DNA of 32,000 nucleotides from Vibrio vulnificus CMCP6 (GTDB lineage Bacteria; Pseudomonadota; Gammaproteobacteria; Enterobacterales; Vibrionaceae): NCBI RefSeq assembly GCF_000039765.1, contig NC_004460.2, positions 1,170,001 to 1,202,000 of the forward strand, read 5' to 3'. Shown piece by piece: positions 1 to 8,147 of this stretch (position 1 is its first letter; each line of letters starts with the position of its first letter). The notes under the pieces were generated by a model. It saw only the letters and a program-made list of their open reading frames with translations, ran no database searches and was not told where the DNA came from. The position numbers and the translations under genes were made by a program.

Positions 1-1476
1 GACATTGGCATGATGAAGCCAACCTTGAACGGCAACAGCATCACACCGCTCCACCCCATTCTCATTCTGGTGAAAAACAGGCGTTTGCACATGGCATTGA
101 TTGATCGCGGTGACGATGGGGCTTTGATGTTCAGAACGAATGCCAGCCCCCAGCGCCACAATGGCATCACCACAGAAAAACCACGATTTCAAACCCTGAG
201 TTTGCTGAACATCCAACTCAAAGCTGGCTATCCCCCATCGACCATTGCTGACGCCGCCAGTCCACTCGGTGTTTTGCTCGATGCGCCCCCATTCGTGCGC
301 GGGCATGGCCACGCTGGGTGAGGTAACCCCAGGGATTTTTGCCCAATCCCAGTAAGGATAAATATCGTGGTATTCGTCGCCCGTCACGCTGATGTTCATG
401 CTGCCAAAACCGAGCCAGAAACCAAGTAAGTTCTCTTGATTGCCCGTTTCAATCGGCTTGGTGCGGCGTGAATTGGTTTTCACCGTCACCGAAAAGCGAT
501 GGTTCACCATGGCAGAATAGTCTGAGCGCCAAAAGTGTTTAAATCCCGCAAAGGGATACGCACGGCCATCAAGGTGCGCGAGGTAACTTTCGAGTGGCAA
601 GCGATGTTGAGGAAACAGCGCCATCAGCATGGTCACTTGCACTTTCAAAGACGCGCGACTGTGCGGTTTCTCCAAATCGGGCTTGGCGATGGCTCGGCCA
701 CACACGTTGTAATCCCAGCGACCGGTACGCGTCATCCACATCGAACCTTGTAAGAAATAGCTGAGCAGTAAACGTTGCTGATCACTTGAAAAGCGAAAGC
801 AGGTGTCAGCCGCCGCATACACCCACGGCAAAGCGACATTTAGGAAAGATTCACCATAACCGCCGTTTTGTAATTGCGGCCCATGCTGTTGGTAAGAGAA
901 ATCGGCTTGTATGCCCTCCTCTTGCGTCAACACGATAGTGTCAGCGATATCGGCCATGGCTTGGGCAAAGCGAGTTTGATTGTTTTTAAGCAATGCACGA
1001 TACGCCACCCCATTCGCCAGATCGGCTTTGTTCGCCCCCGTCATGCTCGCTTGGGCGGGCAGATCATCCATCAATTTTTGCTGCAATGCTGGCGAGAGCG
1101 CATCGCTGAGCAGCAAAGCAATCGGCCCCAGAAGCCGCTGTTTGCCAATTTGATTCCACCACCAGTTCCAGTGGGTCGGATTGTGTCGATACCAGTGCGC
1201 CAACGCTTGTTCAATCGTTTCCAAAATCGAGGAACAAGGTCGTTGGTAGTGTTGGCAAGCGAGCAGCAATACGCGCTGCAAATAGGCAAAAATACGCTCT
1301 CCGTCTTGCTCAGCGTCTGCAAGCGGCGCATCGAGCCAGCCTGTTTGGCGAGAAAATGCGTTTTGGTATTGAGCGATGGTTTGATGCCAATCGTGCTCGT
1401 GCAGCATGCCCCTTTGTAGCTCGACGATGGATTGTGACAGTTTGCTGCGGATCTGCATCAAATGTTGCGAGTGCAT
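1..1476 (-). CDS. Polysaccharide lyase family 8 (chondroitin AC / hyaluronate lyase-like), N-terminal 492 codons. The 3' end lies beyond the left window edge. No signal peptide.
   Basis: The minus-strand frame is open from position 1 to the ATG. It is absent from the supplied ORF track because its stop is outside the window. My translation reads MHSQHLMQIRSKL...HWNWWWNQIGKQ...TGANKADL...QADFSYQQHGPQLQNGGYGESF...YNVCGRAIAK...FWRSDYS...NQENLLGFWLGFGSM. It is colinear with the 839-aa PL8 ORF at 29477..31996. It keeps the PL8 Asn (GAN), the His..Tyr (QQHG-x5-GGYG) and the Arg motifs. AAGGAG at 1494..1489 directly abuts ATG 1488, so ATG 1476 (12-nt spacing) is preferred, with 1488 as the alternative. 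Confidence 0.85.
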   Translation of the reverse strand, partial: MHSQHLMQIRSKLSQSIVELQRGMLHEHDWHQTIAQYQNAFSRQTGWLDAPLADAEQDGERIFAYLQRVLLLACQHYQRPCSSILETIEQALAHWYRHNPTHWNWWWNQIGKQRLLGPIALLLSDALSPALQQKLMDDLPAQASMTGANKADLANGVAYRALLKNNQTRFAQAMADIADTIVLTQEEGIQADFSYQQHGPQLQNGGYGESFLNVALPWVYAAADTCFRFSSDQQRLLLSYFLQGSMWMTRTGRWDYNVCGRAIAKPDLEKPHSRASLKVQVTMLMALFPQHRLPLESYLAHLDGRAYPFAGFKHFWRSDYSAMVNHRFSVTVKTNSRRTKPIETGNQENLLGFWLGFGSMNISVTGDEYHDIYPYWDWAKIPGVTSPSVAMPAHEWGRIEQNTEWTGGVSNGRWGIASFELDVQQTQGLKSWFFCGDAIVALGAGIRSEHQSPIVTAINQCHVQTPVFHQNENGVERCDAVAVQGWLHHANV

Positions 1477-1515
1477 GATGCGAATCATCTCCTTGGTGAG
1501 TCTATCGGAATGAAA

Positions 1516-1540
1516 AGAAGGTGCTTTGACAGCACCTTCT
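1516..1540 (-). terminator. Hairpin plus T-run downstream of the GH112 gene (rho-independent terminator or attenuator)
   Basis: A perfect 10-bp stem AGAAGGTGCT/AGCACCTTCT with a 5-nt loop. On the minus strand it is followed by TTTCATT. It lies 16 nt after the GH112 stop and only about 30 nt before the PL8 start. Confidence 0.6.
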
Positions 1541-1556
1541 ACCTTCTTTGCTTGGT

Positions 1557-3743
1557 TTAGTTATCGAACCAACGCCATTCATAGGGTTTCAGCGTTATCG
1601 ATTGTGGCTCACCATCGGTGTTCAATACCGTCACCTTCTGAGTCTCATCGGTAAAGTTCACCGCTGTCGCTTTGTTGGTTTGCGGGTAGAACGCTACGTC
1701 AACATAAGGGTTATTGGACAGCCAGGCATGTGCCGTTTCTTCCTGCTGCGTTAGCCACAACAAAATGTGTTGCAACAGGCGGGCATTTTCCATGCTAAAT
1801 GGCAGATTCCCCAAGTACACCGCGCGGCCAGAGCCATAGCCACGCGCCGTCAACGCCAAATGTTGCCCCTGCGCAGCCAGAACGGTAAGGTCTTGCGCTT
1901 GCGGGTACACATAGCTTGGGTTACCGAAGTCTTCATCGCCCTGAATAAACTGGCTGAGGTAGTGATGCTTTTCGATCTGCAACGGCATCGCCACACGCCC
2001 CATGGTCAAAGAGGTCTCTTTTTCTAACCCAAACACATCCCCCAGCTGGAAATAGCGGCCATTTTTTTGCCACGCCGAAGGGTCGGACACACCAAGTAGA
2101 CCGCCGCCTTCTGCGACAAACTGACGCAGTTTCACGATGACATTATGATCATCCCAACAATCGCCACCACTCCAAGCCGAGTTGGCATCGCCGGTGTTAA
2201 TGATCACTTTGATGTCCGGATCGATGCCCTTCTCAGCGATGTCATCGAAGCTAATGAACTCCACCTCAAATGGCAGACCAGACAAACACTCCAGCAAATT
2301 ATTGCCGACCAGCTCCATCACATCAGGGCGTGGTGGCACGTAAAAGCGCTGGTCTCGTGCTTGGTTTTGCAGCCAACTGCGCGCCGTTCCCCAAGCGCTC
2401 AACACCGCCACTTTGCCCGGCAGTTTTTGCGATTCACTGCGTTGCGTATTGTCGAGATACTCACCGAACTGACGAGAAATATCCGTCACATGGTCGATAA
2501 AATGCGGGAACTGATTTGCAAGTGACAAATAGCCGCCATAGCCAATGCGATCCAACGGTTTTTGCAACATCGCGCGACGAATCTTGGTCCAGTTCGACAT
2601 CGATTCCACCACAGGATCGTTGCCCTCGCGGAACACATCAGGGAAGAAGTAGGGATAAAAACGTGCTTCACGAATTTGATCGCCACCGGAATCGGTTAAA
2701 CGGCGCAGCGCCACACCATCTTCCACCGCACCAACGTTAATATCGATGCCAATCTTCTGATAACTCTCAAGAAACGGTTCGGTGCCAATCCAGTGATCGC
2801 CTTGGAACATCGCGGTTTTCTTGCCCGCTTGGTGCGCCATGCTGACCAACTCGGCGGCAAATTCGACCACGAAATCTTGCACGAAAGTCATCCAATCGCG
2901 GTACTGCTGAGAAGGTACTTTATAGGTACCGTTGTAGTAACCCGCATCAACAAAGTCTTCCGGAGAAAGCTTGTAGCCAAAGCGTTGTTCAAAATCTTCT
3001 AATGCGCGTGGGCTAACCGTTTCGCCATAGCCGGTCCAGTCGCGATAGATGTCTTGATTCTTCTCACCGGTATCGATCACGAATAGGAAAGCGAAGGTGG
3101 TAAAACGCACCACGGTGGTATTTGGGTGCGTCTCCAACCAATGGGCGAAGTGCTGCAATAGATGCGCGCGACATTCTGGGTGGTACGGGTCAAGGCTCTT
3201 GATGCGCGGCCCTTTCCAATCGTTGGTCAGCGCGTTGTACATCGACACGCTGTCCCACACTTGGCGCGCCATGAAAGTGATGGTGTATTCGTGATACGGG
3301 ATCGCATCTTCAATATCAATACGCTGATATTGTGCGTCAAAGGTCCACTTATCCGTCGGGATCACTTTGTTCAAAGTGCGATTTCGCACTTCCCACCACT
3401 GTTTTGGATCGCTGTCATCGTCCAGTTCATACTTGTCTTTGCTGTAACCATCGAGTGGAAAAATCGCCACGCGATCACTCATCGCGGTGACAGGGAATGA
3501 CATCAAATATTTACGGTGTAGGTATTCTGGATGTTGATTGGCATACGCTTGATCCGCACGCACCAAACACATCACAGAATAGATATCGCTGTCTTGCTCG
3601 GCCAATGAATCTGGCATGGTTGTACCATCGCTATCGCGCAGTGCATCGGCTTGCCAGCGCTGATATAAATCCAGCACGACGTCTTCCTGTCCTTCTTCAA
3701 CAGGCAGGGTCATATGACCTTTACGAGAGGCAAATTGGGTCAT
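1557..3743 (-). CDS. GH112 1,3-beta-galactosyl-N-acetylhexosamine phosphorylase (galacto-N-biose / lacto-N-biose phosphorylase family)
   Basis: A ~730-aa protein whose length and sequence recall LnpA/GnpA-type phosphorylases (MTLPVEEGQEDV..., ...RFTTFAF..., ...GDHWIGTEP..., ...YGGYLSLA...). The track start at 3755 is a TTG. ATG 3743 has GGAG 6 nt upstream, so I trimmed to it. Confidence 0.85.
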   Translation of the reverse strand: MTQFASRKGHMTLPVEEGQEDVVLDLYQRWQADALRDSDGTTMPDSLAEQDSDIYSVMCLVRADQAYANQHPEYLHRKYLMSFPVTAMSDRVAIFPLDGYSKDKYELDDDSDPKQWWEVRNRTLNKVIPTDKWTFDAQYQRIDIEDAIPYHEYTITFMARQVWDSVSMYNALTNDWKGPRIKSLDPYHPECRAHLLQHFAHWLETHPNTTVVRFTTFAFLFVIDTGEKNQDIYRDWTGYGETVSPRALEDFEQRFGYKLSPEDFVDAGYYNGTYKVPSQQYRDWMTFVQDFVVEFAAELVSMAHQAGKKTAMFQGDHWIGTEPFLESYQKIGIDINVGAVEDGVALRRLTDSGGDQIREARFYPYFFPDVFREGNDPVVESMSNWTKIRRAMLQKPLDRIGYGGYLSLANQFPHFIDHVTDISRQFGEYLDNTQRSESQKLPGKVAVLSAWGTARSWLQNQARDQRFYVPPRPDVMELVGNNLLECLSGLPFEVEFISFDDIAEKGIDPDIKVIINTGDANSAWSGGDCWDDHNVIVKLRQFVAEGGGLLGVSDPSAWQKNGRYFQLGDVFGLEKETSLTMGRVAMPLQIEKHHYLSQFIQGDEDFGNPSYVYPQAQDLTVLAAQGQHLALTARGYGSGRAVYLGNLPFSMENARLLQHILLWLTQQEETAHAWLSNNPYVDVAFYPQTNKATAVNFTDETQKVTVLNTDGEPQSITLKPYEWRWFDN

Positions 3744-3769
3744 GATAGGCTCCAAAAAGTTGGGATAGA

Positions 3770-3789
3770 CGGGGGAAAGGGCTCCCCCG
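3770..3789 (-). terminator. Intergenic GC hairpin between GH88 and GH112 genes (weak terminator or RNA-stability element)
   Basis: A 7-bp stem CGGGGGA/TCCCCCG with a 6-nt loop. The T-run on the minus strand is displaced by ~10 nt, so termination efficiency is doubtful. Confidence 0.35.
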
Positions 3790-3809
3790 AATGAGTTATT
3801 GAGTTCGGT

Positions 3810-4979
3810 TTACCAGAAGAAGCTCTGGTAGCCGTTAGCGCGCATTAGGGCTTCTAGATAGTAGTAATCGCCGTAGGGCAACATGTTGTCGCACAAACCC
3901 ACTTTGACAAACGACGCGCCGTGCGCCAAAAGCCCAAGGGCTTGCTCATCGGCGGTTAAATCGCAGCTCTGCATTAAGCCTTGCAGTAGATACAAGCCCC
4001 AATCGCGGTATTGCTTGGCCTCTTCGGCATCGTCAATGCACTGCGCAATCAGCAGCAAGCCCGCCGCGGTAATCGCACCGGCTGAGCTGTCTTTGTACTG
4101 GATCTCATCCGCGGGCAACGAGTAATCCCATACGGGAACACCATCATCGGTGATCTGCTCTACCGCATAGCGCGCGAGCTTTTTCGCCAGAGTCAAAAAC
4201 TGTTCATCTTTGGTGTAAAGATAGGTTTGTGCAAAGCCGTGAATCGCCCAAGATTGGCCGCGCGCCCAGCACGAATCATCCGCAAAACCTTGGAAGGTCT
4301 CGCCTTTGATTGGCTGCTGAGTCACAGGGTGGAAGTTAAACGAGTGATAGGTGGAGAAATCCTCACGCACAATATGTTTCGCCAAGGTTTCGCTGTGGCG
4401 CGTGGCCGCTTGTGCATAAACCGGAGAACCGGTCACTTGCGATGCCCAGAACAACAAAGCGGTATTTTGCAGCGAGTCGATGATCGATTTACCTTGCGTA
4501 ATTTCAGGGCCGAGCGGATGGGTATCATTCCACGCCACAATGTAACCACCAATTTTTCTAAAGCGATGAATCAGATGATCGGCCGCGCGAATCGCCATCA
4601 TTTTCGACTCTTCATCACCAGTCAGCTTGTAATCCGCCACGCAGCTCAAACTGTATTGGAAACCCAGATCGTGATCCAACCAAAACGGGTCCAGCAGCAT
4701 GTCTGCAAAGTAACGTTTACGCAGCTTGGCGCTGTTTTTGAACGATTGCTCAGCCGTCATTTGATAGCACAGCCACAACTCGCCTGTCCAAAATGAAGAA
4801 ACCCAATCGAACTGGCCACAGTACTCCCACTGATTGTTCGCCGTACCGATCTTGGGGTTACGTTCTCCAATCTTTGGAATGTTTCGTTTAATCGCTGCCA
4901 CCACCGTGGATAAATGGTTGACTACTTTTTCTTCGTCTAGCGCCCTTGGCAATGGACGCAGCGTGATCGCTTCACTCAT
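3810..4979 (-). CDS. ugl: GH88 unsaturated glucuronyl hydrolase (acts on delta-4,5-unsaturated uronate at the non-reducing end of lyase products)
   Basis: Typical GH88 sequence (...DWVSSFWTGELWLCYQMT..., ...WDYSLP...YKDSSAGAITAAGLL..., ...YGDYYYLEAL). There is no signal peptide. The track start 4994 is a TTG with no usable spacing. ATG 4979 has GAGAG 8 nt upstream. Confidence 0.9.
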   Translation of the reverse strand: MSEAITLRPLPRALDEEKVVNHLSTVVAAIKRNIPKIGERNPKIGTANNQWEYCGQFDWVSSFWTGELWLCYQMTAEQSFKNSAKLRKRYFADMLLDPFWLDHDLGFQYSLSCVADYKLTGDEESKMMAIRAADHLIHRFRKIGGYIVAWNDTHPLGPEITQGKSIIDSLQNTALLFWASQVTGSPVYAQAATRHSETLAKHIVREDFSTYHSFNFHPVTQQPIKGETFQGFADDSCWARGQSWAIHGFAQTYLYTKDEQFLTLAKKLARYAVEQITDDGVPVWDYSLPADEIQYKDSSAGAITAAGLLLIAQCIDDAEEAKQYRDWGLYLLQGLMQSCDLTADEQALGLLAHGASFVKVGLCDNMLPYGDYYYLEALMRANGYQSFFW

Positions 4980-5088
4980 ACCGAAATCTCTCAAAACCTT
5001 TGTCGTACAAAGTGGGTGTTATGCTCAATGATATATCTATAGTTTACCGTGATAGTTTTATATAAACGCATAGATTGCTCACATTTTT

Positions 5089-5103
5089 CAAAACACCTTT
5101 TCA
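5089..5103. promoter_or_regulatory. KdgR-like box A (CAAAACACCTTTTCA) upstream of the GH88 gene
   Basis: Lies in the AT-rich 5' region of ugl, about 110 nt upstream of ATG 4979. It is near-identical to box K upstream of kduD. It is one of 11 related boxes in the window. Confidence 0.45.
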
Positions 5104-5120
5104 ATTTAAATTTTAATTTC

Positions 5121-5148
5121 AAAAAAAAAGCTGACTAGCAGCTTTTTC
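5121..5148. terminator. Bidirectional rho-independent terminator after kduD
   Basis: AAAAAGCTG-ACTAG-CAGCTTTTT, a stem flanked by an A-run and a T-run. It starts 11 nt beyond the kduD stop. Confidence 0.7.
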
Positions 5149-5158
5149 TTGCAACCCA

Positions 5159-5920
5159 CTAACGGGCTAACCAACCACCATCAACAGCGATGGTGTAACC
5201 ATTTACATAGTCAGAAGCGGACGATGCCAAGAACACGACAGGGCCAGCAAGATCACTGGGTAATCCCCAACGCTGCGCCGGAATGCGTTCTAAAATCGCT
5301 TGATTGCGTTCAGCATCGGCTCTGAGCGCCGCCGTGTTATTGGTGGCCATATAGCCTGGAGCAATGGCATTGACATTGATCCCCTGCGATGCCCACTCGT
5401 TAGCCAGCAAACGAGTGATGCCCATCACGGCACTTTTCGACGCAGTATACGAGGGAACACGAATGCCGCCTTGGAACGAGAGCATCGAAGCGATGTTGAT
5501 GATCTTGCCGCCAGACTGCTGCGCTTGAAACTGGCGAGCCACCGCTTGAGCTAAGAAGAACACGCTCTTGGCGTTGAGGTTCATCACGTCATCCCAATCT
5601 TGCTCACTGAAGTTGATCGCATCTTCACGACGGATAATGCCCGCGTTGTTGACCAGAATATCGATGCGTCCTGCTTGGGTAACCGCACGATCAACTACGG
5701 ATGCAATCACAGAGGCATCACTGAGATCCGCCACAATCGAGTAAAAACGGCGGCCTGTGGCTTCTATCAATGCGGGGGTTTCATCCGGCCCAGCGTAGTT
5801 CACGCCAACAATGTCACAACCCGCTTGCGCCAGCGCCACTGCCATGCCTTTACCAAGACCTGTATTGCACCCTGTGACAAGCGCCACCTTACCGTCTAAA
5901 TTGAACGCCTCTAAAATCAT
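5159..5920 (-). CDS. kduD: 2-dehydro-3-deoxy-D-gluconate 5-dehydrogenase (SDR family)
   Basis: 253 aa. Near-colinear with E. coli KduD as I remember it (MILxAFxLxGKVAxVTGCxTGLGxGMA...IINIASMLSFQGGIRVPSYTASK...YVNGYTIAVDGGWLAR). AAGGAA SD precedes the ATG. Confidence 0.95.
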   Translation of the reverse strand: MILEAFNLDGKVALVTGCNTGLGKGMAVALAQAGCDIVGVNYAGPDETPALIEATGRRFYSIVADLSDASVIASVVDRAVTQAGRIDILVNNAGIIRREDAINFSEQDWDDVMNLNAKSVFFLAQAVARQFQAQQSGGKIINIASMLSFQGGIRVPSYTASKSAVMGITRLLANEWASQGINVNAIAPGYMATNNTAALRADAERNQAILERIPAQRWGLPSDLAGPVVFLASSASDYVNGYTIAVDGGWLAR

Positions 5921-5978
5921 TATTCCTTTCCTTTTTATTCTGCTCCCTTCAAAAAGAAGAAAACCTCTTCAAATAAAT

Positions 5979-5993
5979 CAAAACCACTTTTCA
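5979..5993. promoter_or_regulatory. KdgR-like box K (CAAAACCACTTTTCA) upstream of kduD
   Basis: Lies 59-73 nt upstream of the kduD ATG (5920). On the minus strand it reads TGAAAAGTGGTTTTGA, compared with TGAAAAGGTGTTTTGA for box A. Confidence 0.5.
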
Positions 5994-6050
5994 TCCCATT
6001 CTCAGGCGAAAATTTTTTGCGCATTGCGCGGCAAATCTGCCCGCGAAAAA

Positions 6051-7112
6051 TCAACTTTGCTTGTCGTGACCTTGCTTGTAGTGAATGTCGGCTGCATTGC
6101 GCAGCCGCTCGGCCGCTTGCTCTGGAGTGAGATCGCGTTGGCTTTCCGCCAACATCTCGTATCCCACCATGAATTTGCGCACCGTTGCGCTACGCAGTAG
6201 AGGGGGGAGAAAACTCGCGTGCACTTGCCAATAAGCTTCCGGCTCCCCGGCCACAAAGGGTGCGCCGTGCCAGCCCATGGAATAAGGGAAAGAGCACTGG
6301 AAAAGGTTGTCATATTTAATGGTGAGCTGTTTGATGACTTTCGCAAGATCCGCTTTTAACTCATCGGTCAACTCGGTCAACCGGCTCAGTTTCACTTTCG
6401 GTAACAGCAGCGTTTCAAATGGCCACGCCGCCCAATACGGTACTAATGCTACCCAAAAGTCACTTTCTACGACGATGCGCTCACCGCTTGCTAACTCACG
6501 CTCAATGTAGTCGAGTAATAACGGAGAGCGATGCTGTTCAAAATAACGCTGCTGATGATGATCTTTTTTCTCCACAATAGTGGGAATAAAGCTGTTAGCC
6601 CAGATCTGCCCATGAGGATGGGGCTGAGAGCAGCCCATGCTTTCGCCTTTGTTCTCAAACACCTGAACCCAAGGGTAACGCTGGCCAAGCTCTTCCGTTT
6701 GCGTCATCCATGTGGTGATGACTTGCTCAATTTCTTCCAGCGCCAGTTCTGGCAAGGTGCGGCTGTGATCCGGTGAAAAACAGATCACTCGGCTCTCCCC
6801 TTTGGCGCTGTGCAGTTGGAACAGCGGGTCGTCACTCACCGGAGAATCCGGCGTGTGCTCGGTCAGCGCCGCAAAATCGTTTTTAAAGACAAAGGTGCCT
6901 TGGTAATCCGGGTTGACATCACCGCTAATGCGCGTGTTGGTCGGGCACAAAAAACAGGTTTTTTCATAGCTGGGCAATGACTCAACATTGAGGGTTTCTT
7001 GTTGACCTTGCCAAGGTCTTTTCGCTCGGTGTGGTGACACCAGCACCCATTCCCCCATCAAGGGGTTATAACGACGATGTGGATGCTCGGCGACATCAAA
7101 TACGTGAGACAT
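6051..7112 (-). CDS. galT: Galactose-1-phosphate uridylyltransferase (type 1, HIT superfamily)
   Basis: Carries the active-site [11 protein letters not shown] (His-Pro-His) and N-terminal HPHRRYNPL...[11 protein letters not shown]. The track start 7181 overlaps galE. ATG 7112 (MSHVFDV...) has an AGGA-type SD and sits 16 nt after the galE stop. Confidence 0.93.
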   Translation of the reverse strand: MSHVFDVAEHPHRRYNPLMGEWVLVSPHRAKRPWQGQQETLNVESLPSYEKTCFLCPTNTRISGDVNPDYQGTFVFKNDFAALTEHTPDSPVSDDPLFQLHSAKGESRVICFSPDHSRTLPELALEEIEQVITTWMTQTEELGQRYPWVQVFENKGESMGCSQPHPHGQIWANSFIPTIVEKKDHHQQRYFEQHRSPLLLDYIERELASGERIVVESDFWVALVPYWAAWPFETLLLPKVKLSRLTELTDELKADLAKVIKQLTIKYDNLFQCSFPYSMGWHGAPFVAGEPEAYWQVHASFLPPLLRSATVRKFMVGYEMLAESQRDLTPEQAAERLRNAADIHYKQGHDKQS

Positions 7113-7128
7113 ATTGTTTCCTTTCAAA

Positions 7129-8145
7129 CTAAGATTGGTAACCGTTTGGATTGCGCTGCTGCCAGTGCCAACTGTGCTCAACCATATCCGTTAAATCGTG
7201 CTGTGCTTTCCAGCCCAGTTCCTGCGCGGCCTTGTCGGCTTGGGCAAAACATTGGGCAATATCACCGGCTCTGCGTGGCTCAATGCGTACTGGCAGTTCG
7301 CGCCCCAACACTCGGTTCATCGCGGCCACCATCTGCAACACACTCACCCCATTTCCAGTACCTAAATTGTATGTGTGCAGACCGCGGACATTCCCCCGCT
7401 TTTCCAGTGCCGCCACGTGCCCTTCCACCAGATCTTGCACATGAATGTAGTCGCGCACGCCGGTGCCATCCGCTGTTGGGTAATCGTCGCCAAAAATCGA
7501 CAATCTCTCACGGCGACCAATCGCCACTTGAGTAATGAAGGGCATCAGATTGTTCGGTATGCCGCTTGGGTCTTCGCCAATCAAGCCGCTGGGGTGCGCA
7601 CCGATAGGGTTAAAATAGCGCAGTAAGGTAATGCTCCAGTCGGGGTTGGCGGCGGAAAAATCGCTTAAGCAGCGTTCCACCATATGTTTGCTGGTGCCGT
7701 AAGGATTGGTGGTGGCACCCGTTGGGGCCGCCTCCGTAATGGGCACGGTTTTGGGGTCGCCATAGACGGTGGCCGATGAGCTGAAAATCAACCGATAAAC
7801 ATGCGCCACACGCATCGCGGCAAGCAAGTTCAGCGTCCCGGCCAGGTTGTTGTCGTAATACTCCAGCGGTTTTTCGACCGACTCCCCGACCGCTTTTAAG
7901 CCAGCAAAATGCATCACGGCGCCAATCTCGTGTTGATCAAAAATAGCATCCAGCACCAGTCGGTCACGAATGTCGCCCTGATACACCACCAACGGTTGAC
8001 CAATCAACGTTTCGATTCGTGCCACCACATTGGGGTGGCTGTTACTGAAGTTATCCAGCACGATCGGCTGATGCCCCGCGCGGACCAAAGCGACACAAGC
8101 GTGACTGCCAATGTAGCCACAGCCCCCCGTCACAAGTACTTTCAT
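7129..8145 (-). CDS. galE: UDP-glucose 4-epimerase, with Cys at the position of E. coli Tyr299 (predicted to also accept UDP-HexNAc)
   Basis: 338 aa, [15 protein letters not shown] Rossmann motif, YGTSK catalytic motif. It is the same length as E. coli GalE, and the 39-residue C-terminal tails align without gaps. Confidence 0.95.
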   Translation of the reverse strand: MKVLVTGGCGYIGSHACVALVRAGHQPIVLDNFSNSHPNVVARIETLIGQPLVVYQGDIRDRLVLDAIFDQHEIGAVMHFAGLKAVGESVEKPLEYYDNNLAGTLNLLAAMRVAHVYRLIFSSSATVYGDPKTVPITEAAPTGATTNPYGTSKHMVERCLSDFSAANPDWSITLLRYFNPIGAHPSGLIGEDPSGIPNNLMPFITQVAIGRRERLSIFGDDYPTADGTGVRDYIHVQDLVEGHVAALEKRGNVRGLHTYNLGTGNGVSVLQMVAAMNRVLGRELPVRIEPRRAGDIAQCFAQADKAAQELGWKAQHDLTDMVEHSWHWQQRNPNGYQS

Positions 8146-8147
8146 AA

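Noticed and set aside
874-1419. 181-aa plus-strand ORF, together with 10..321, 535..753 and the minus-strand 1071..1331
   Set aside because: It lies antisense to or out of frame with the continuous PL8 reading frame on the minus strand. The translation is low-complexity and R/L-rich with no family resemblance. It is a shadow ORF.
4227-4796. 189-aa plus-strand ORF inside the GH88 gene
   Set aside because: It is antisense to a confidently identified GH88 CDS, has no SD and has shadow-ORF composition. The same reasoning applies to the many 60-130-aa ORFs antisense to GH112, kduD, galE, SulP, MCP, the ABC genes, SBP, DUF2264, the sulfatases, anSME and the right PL8.
6002-6346. 114-aa minus-strand ORF overlapping the 3' end of galT
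   Set aside because: It is out of frame with galT, which has the diagnostic HPH active site. There is no independent support.
7113-7181. N-terminal extensions proposed by the ORF track (galT to 7181, GH112 to 3755, GH88 to 4994, SulP to 9857, sulfatase 1 to 23582)
   Set aside because: The GH112, GH88, SulP and sulfatase-1 extensions start at TTG codons with no usable SD spacing. The galT extension would overlap galE. Internal ATG or GTG codons with proper SDs match the family N-termini.
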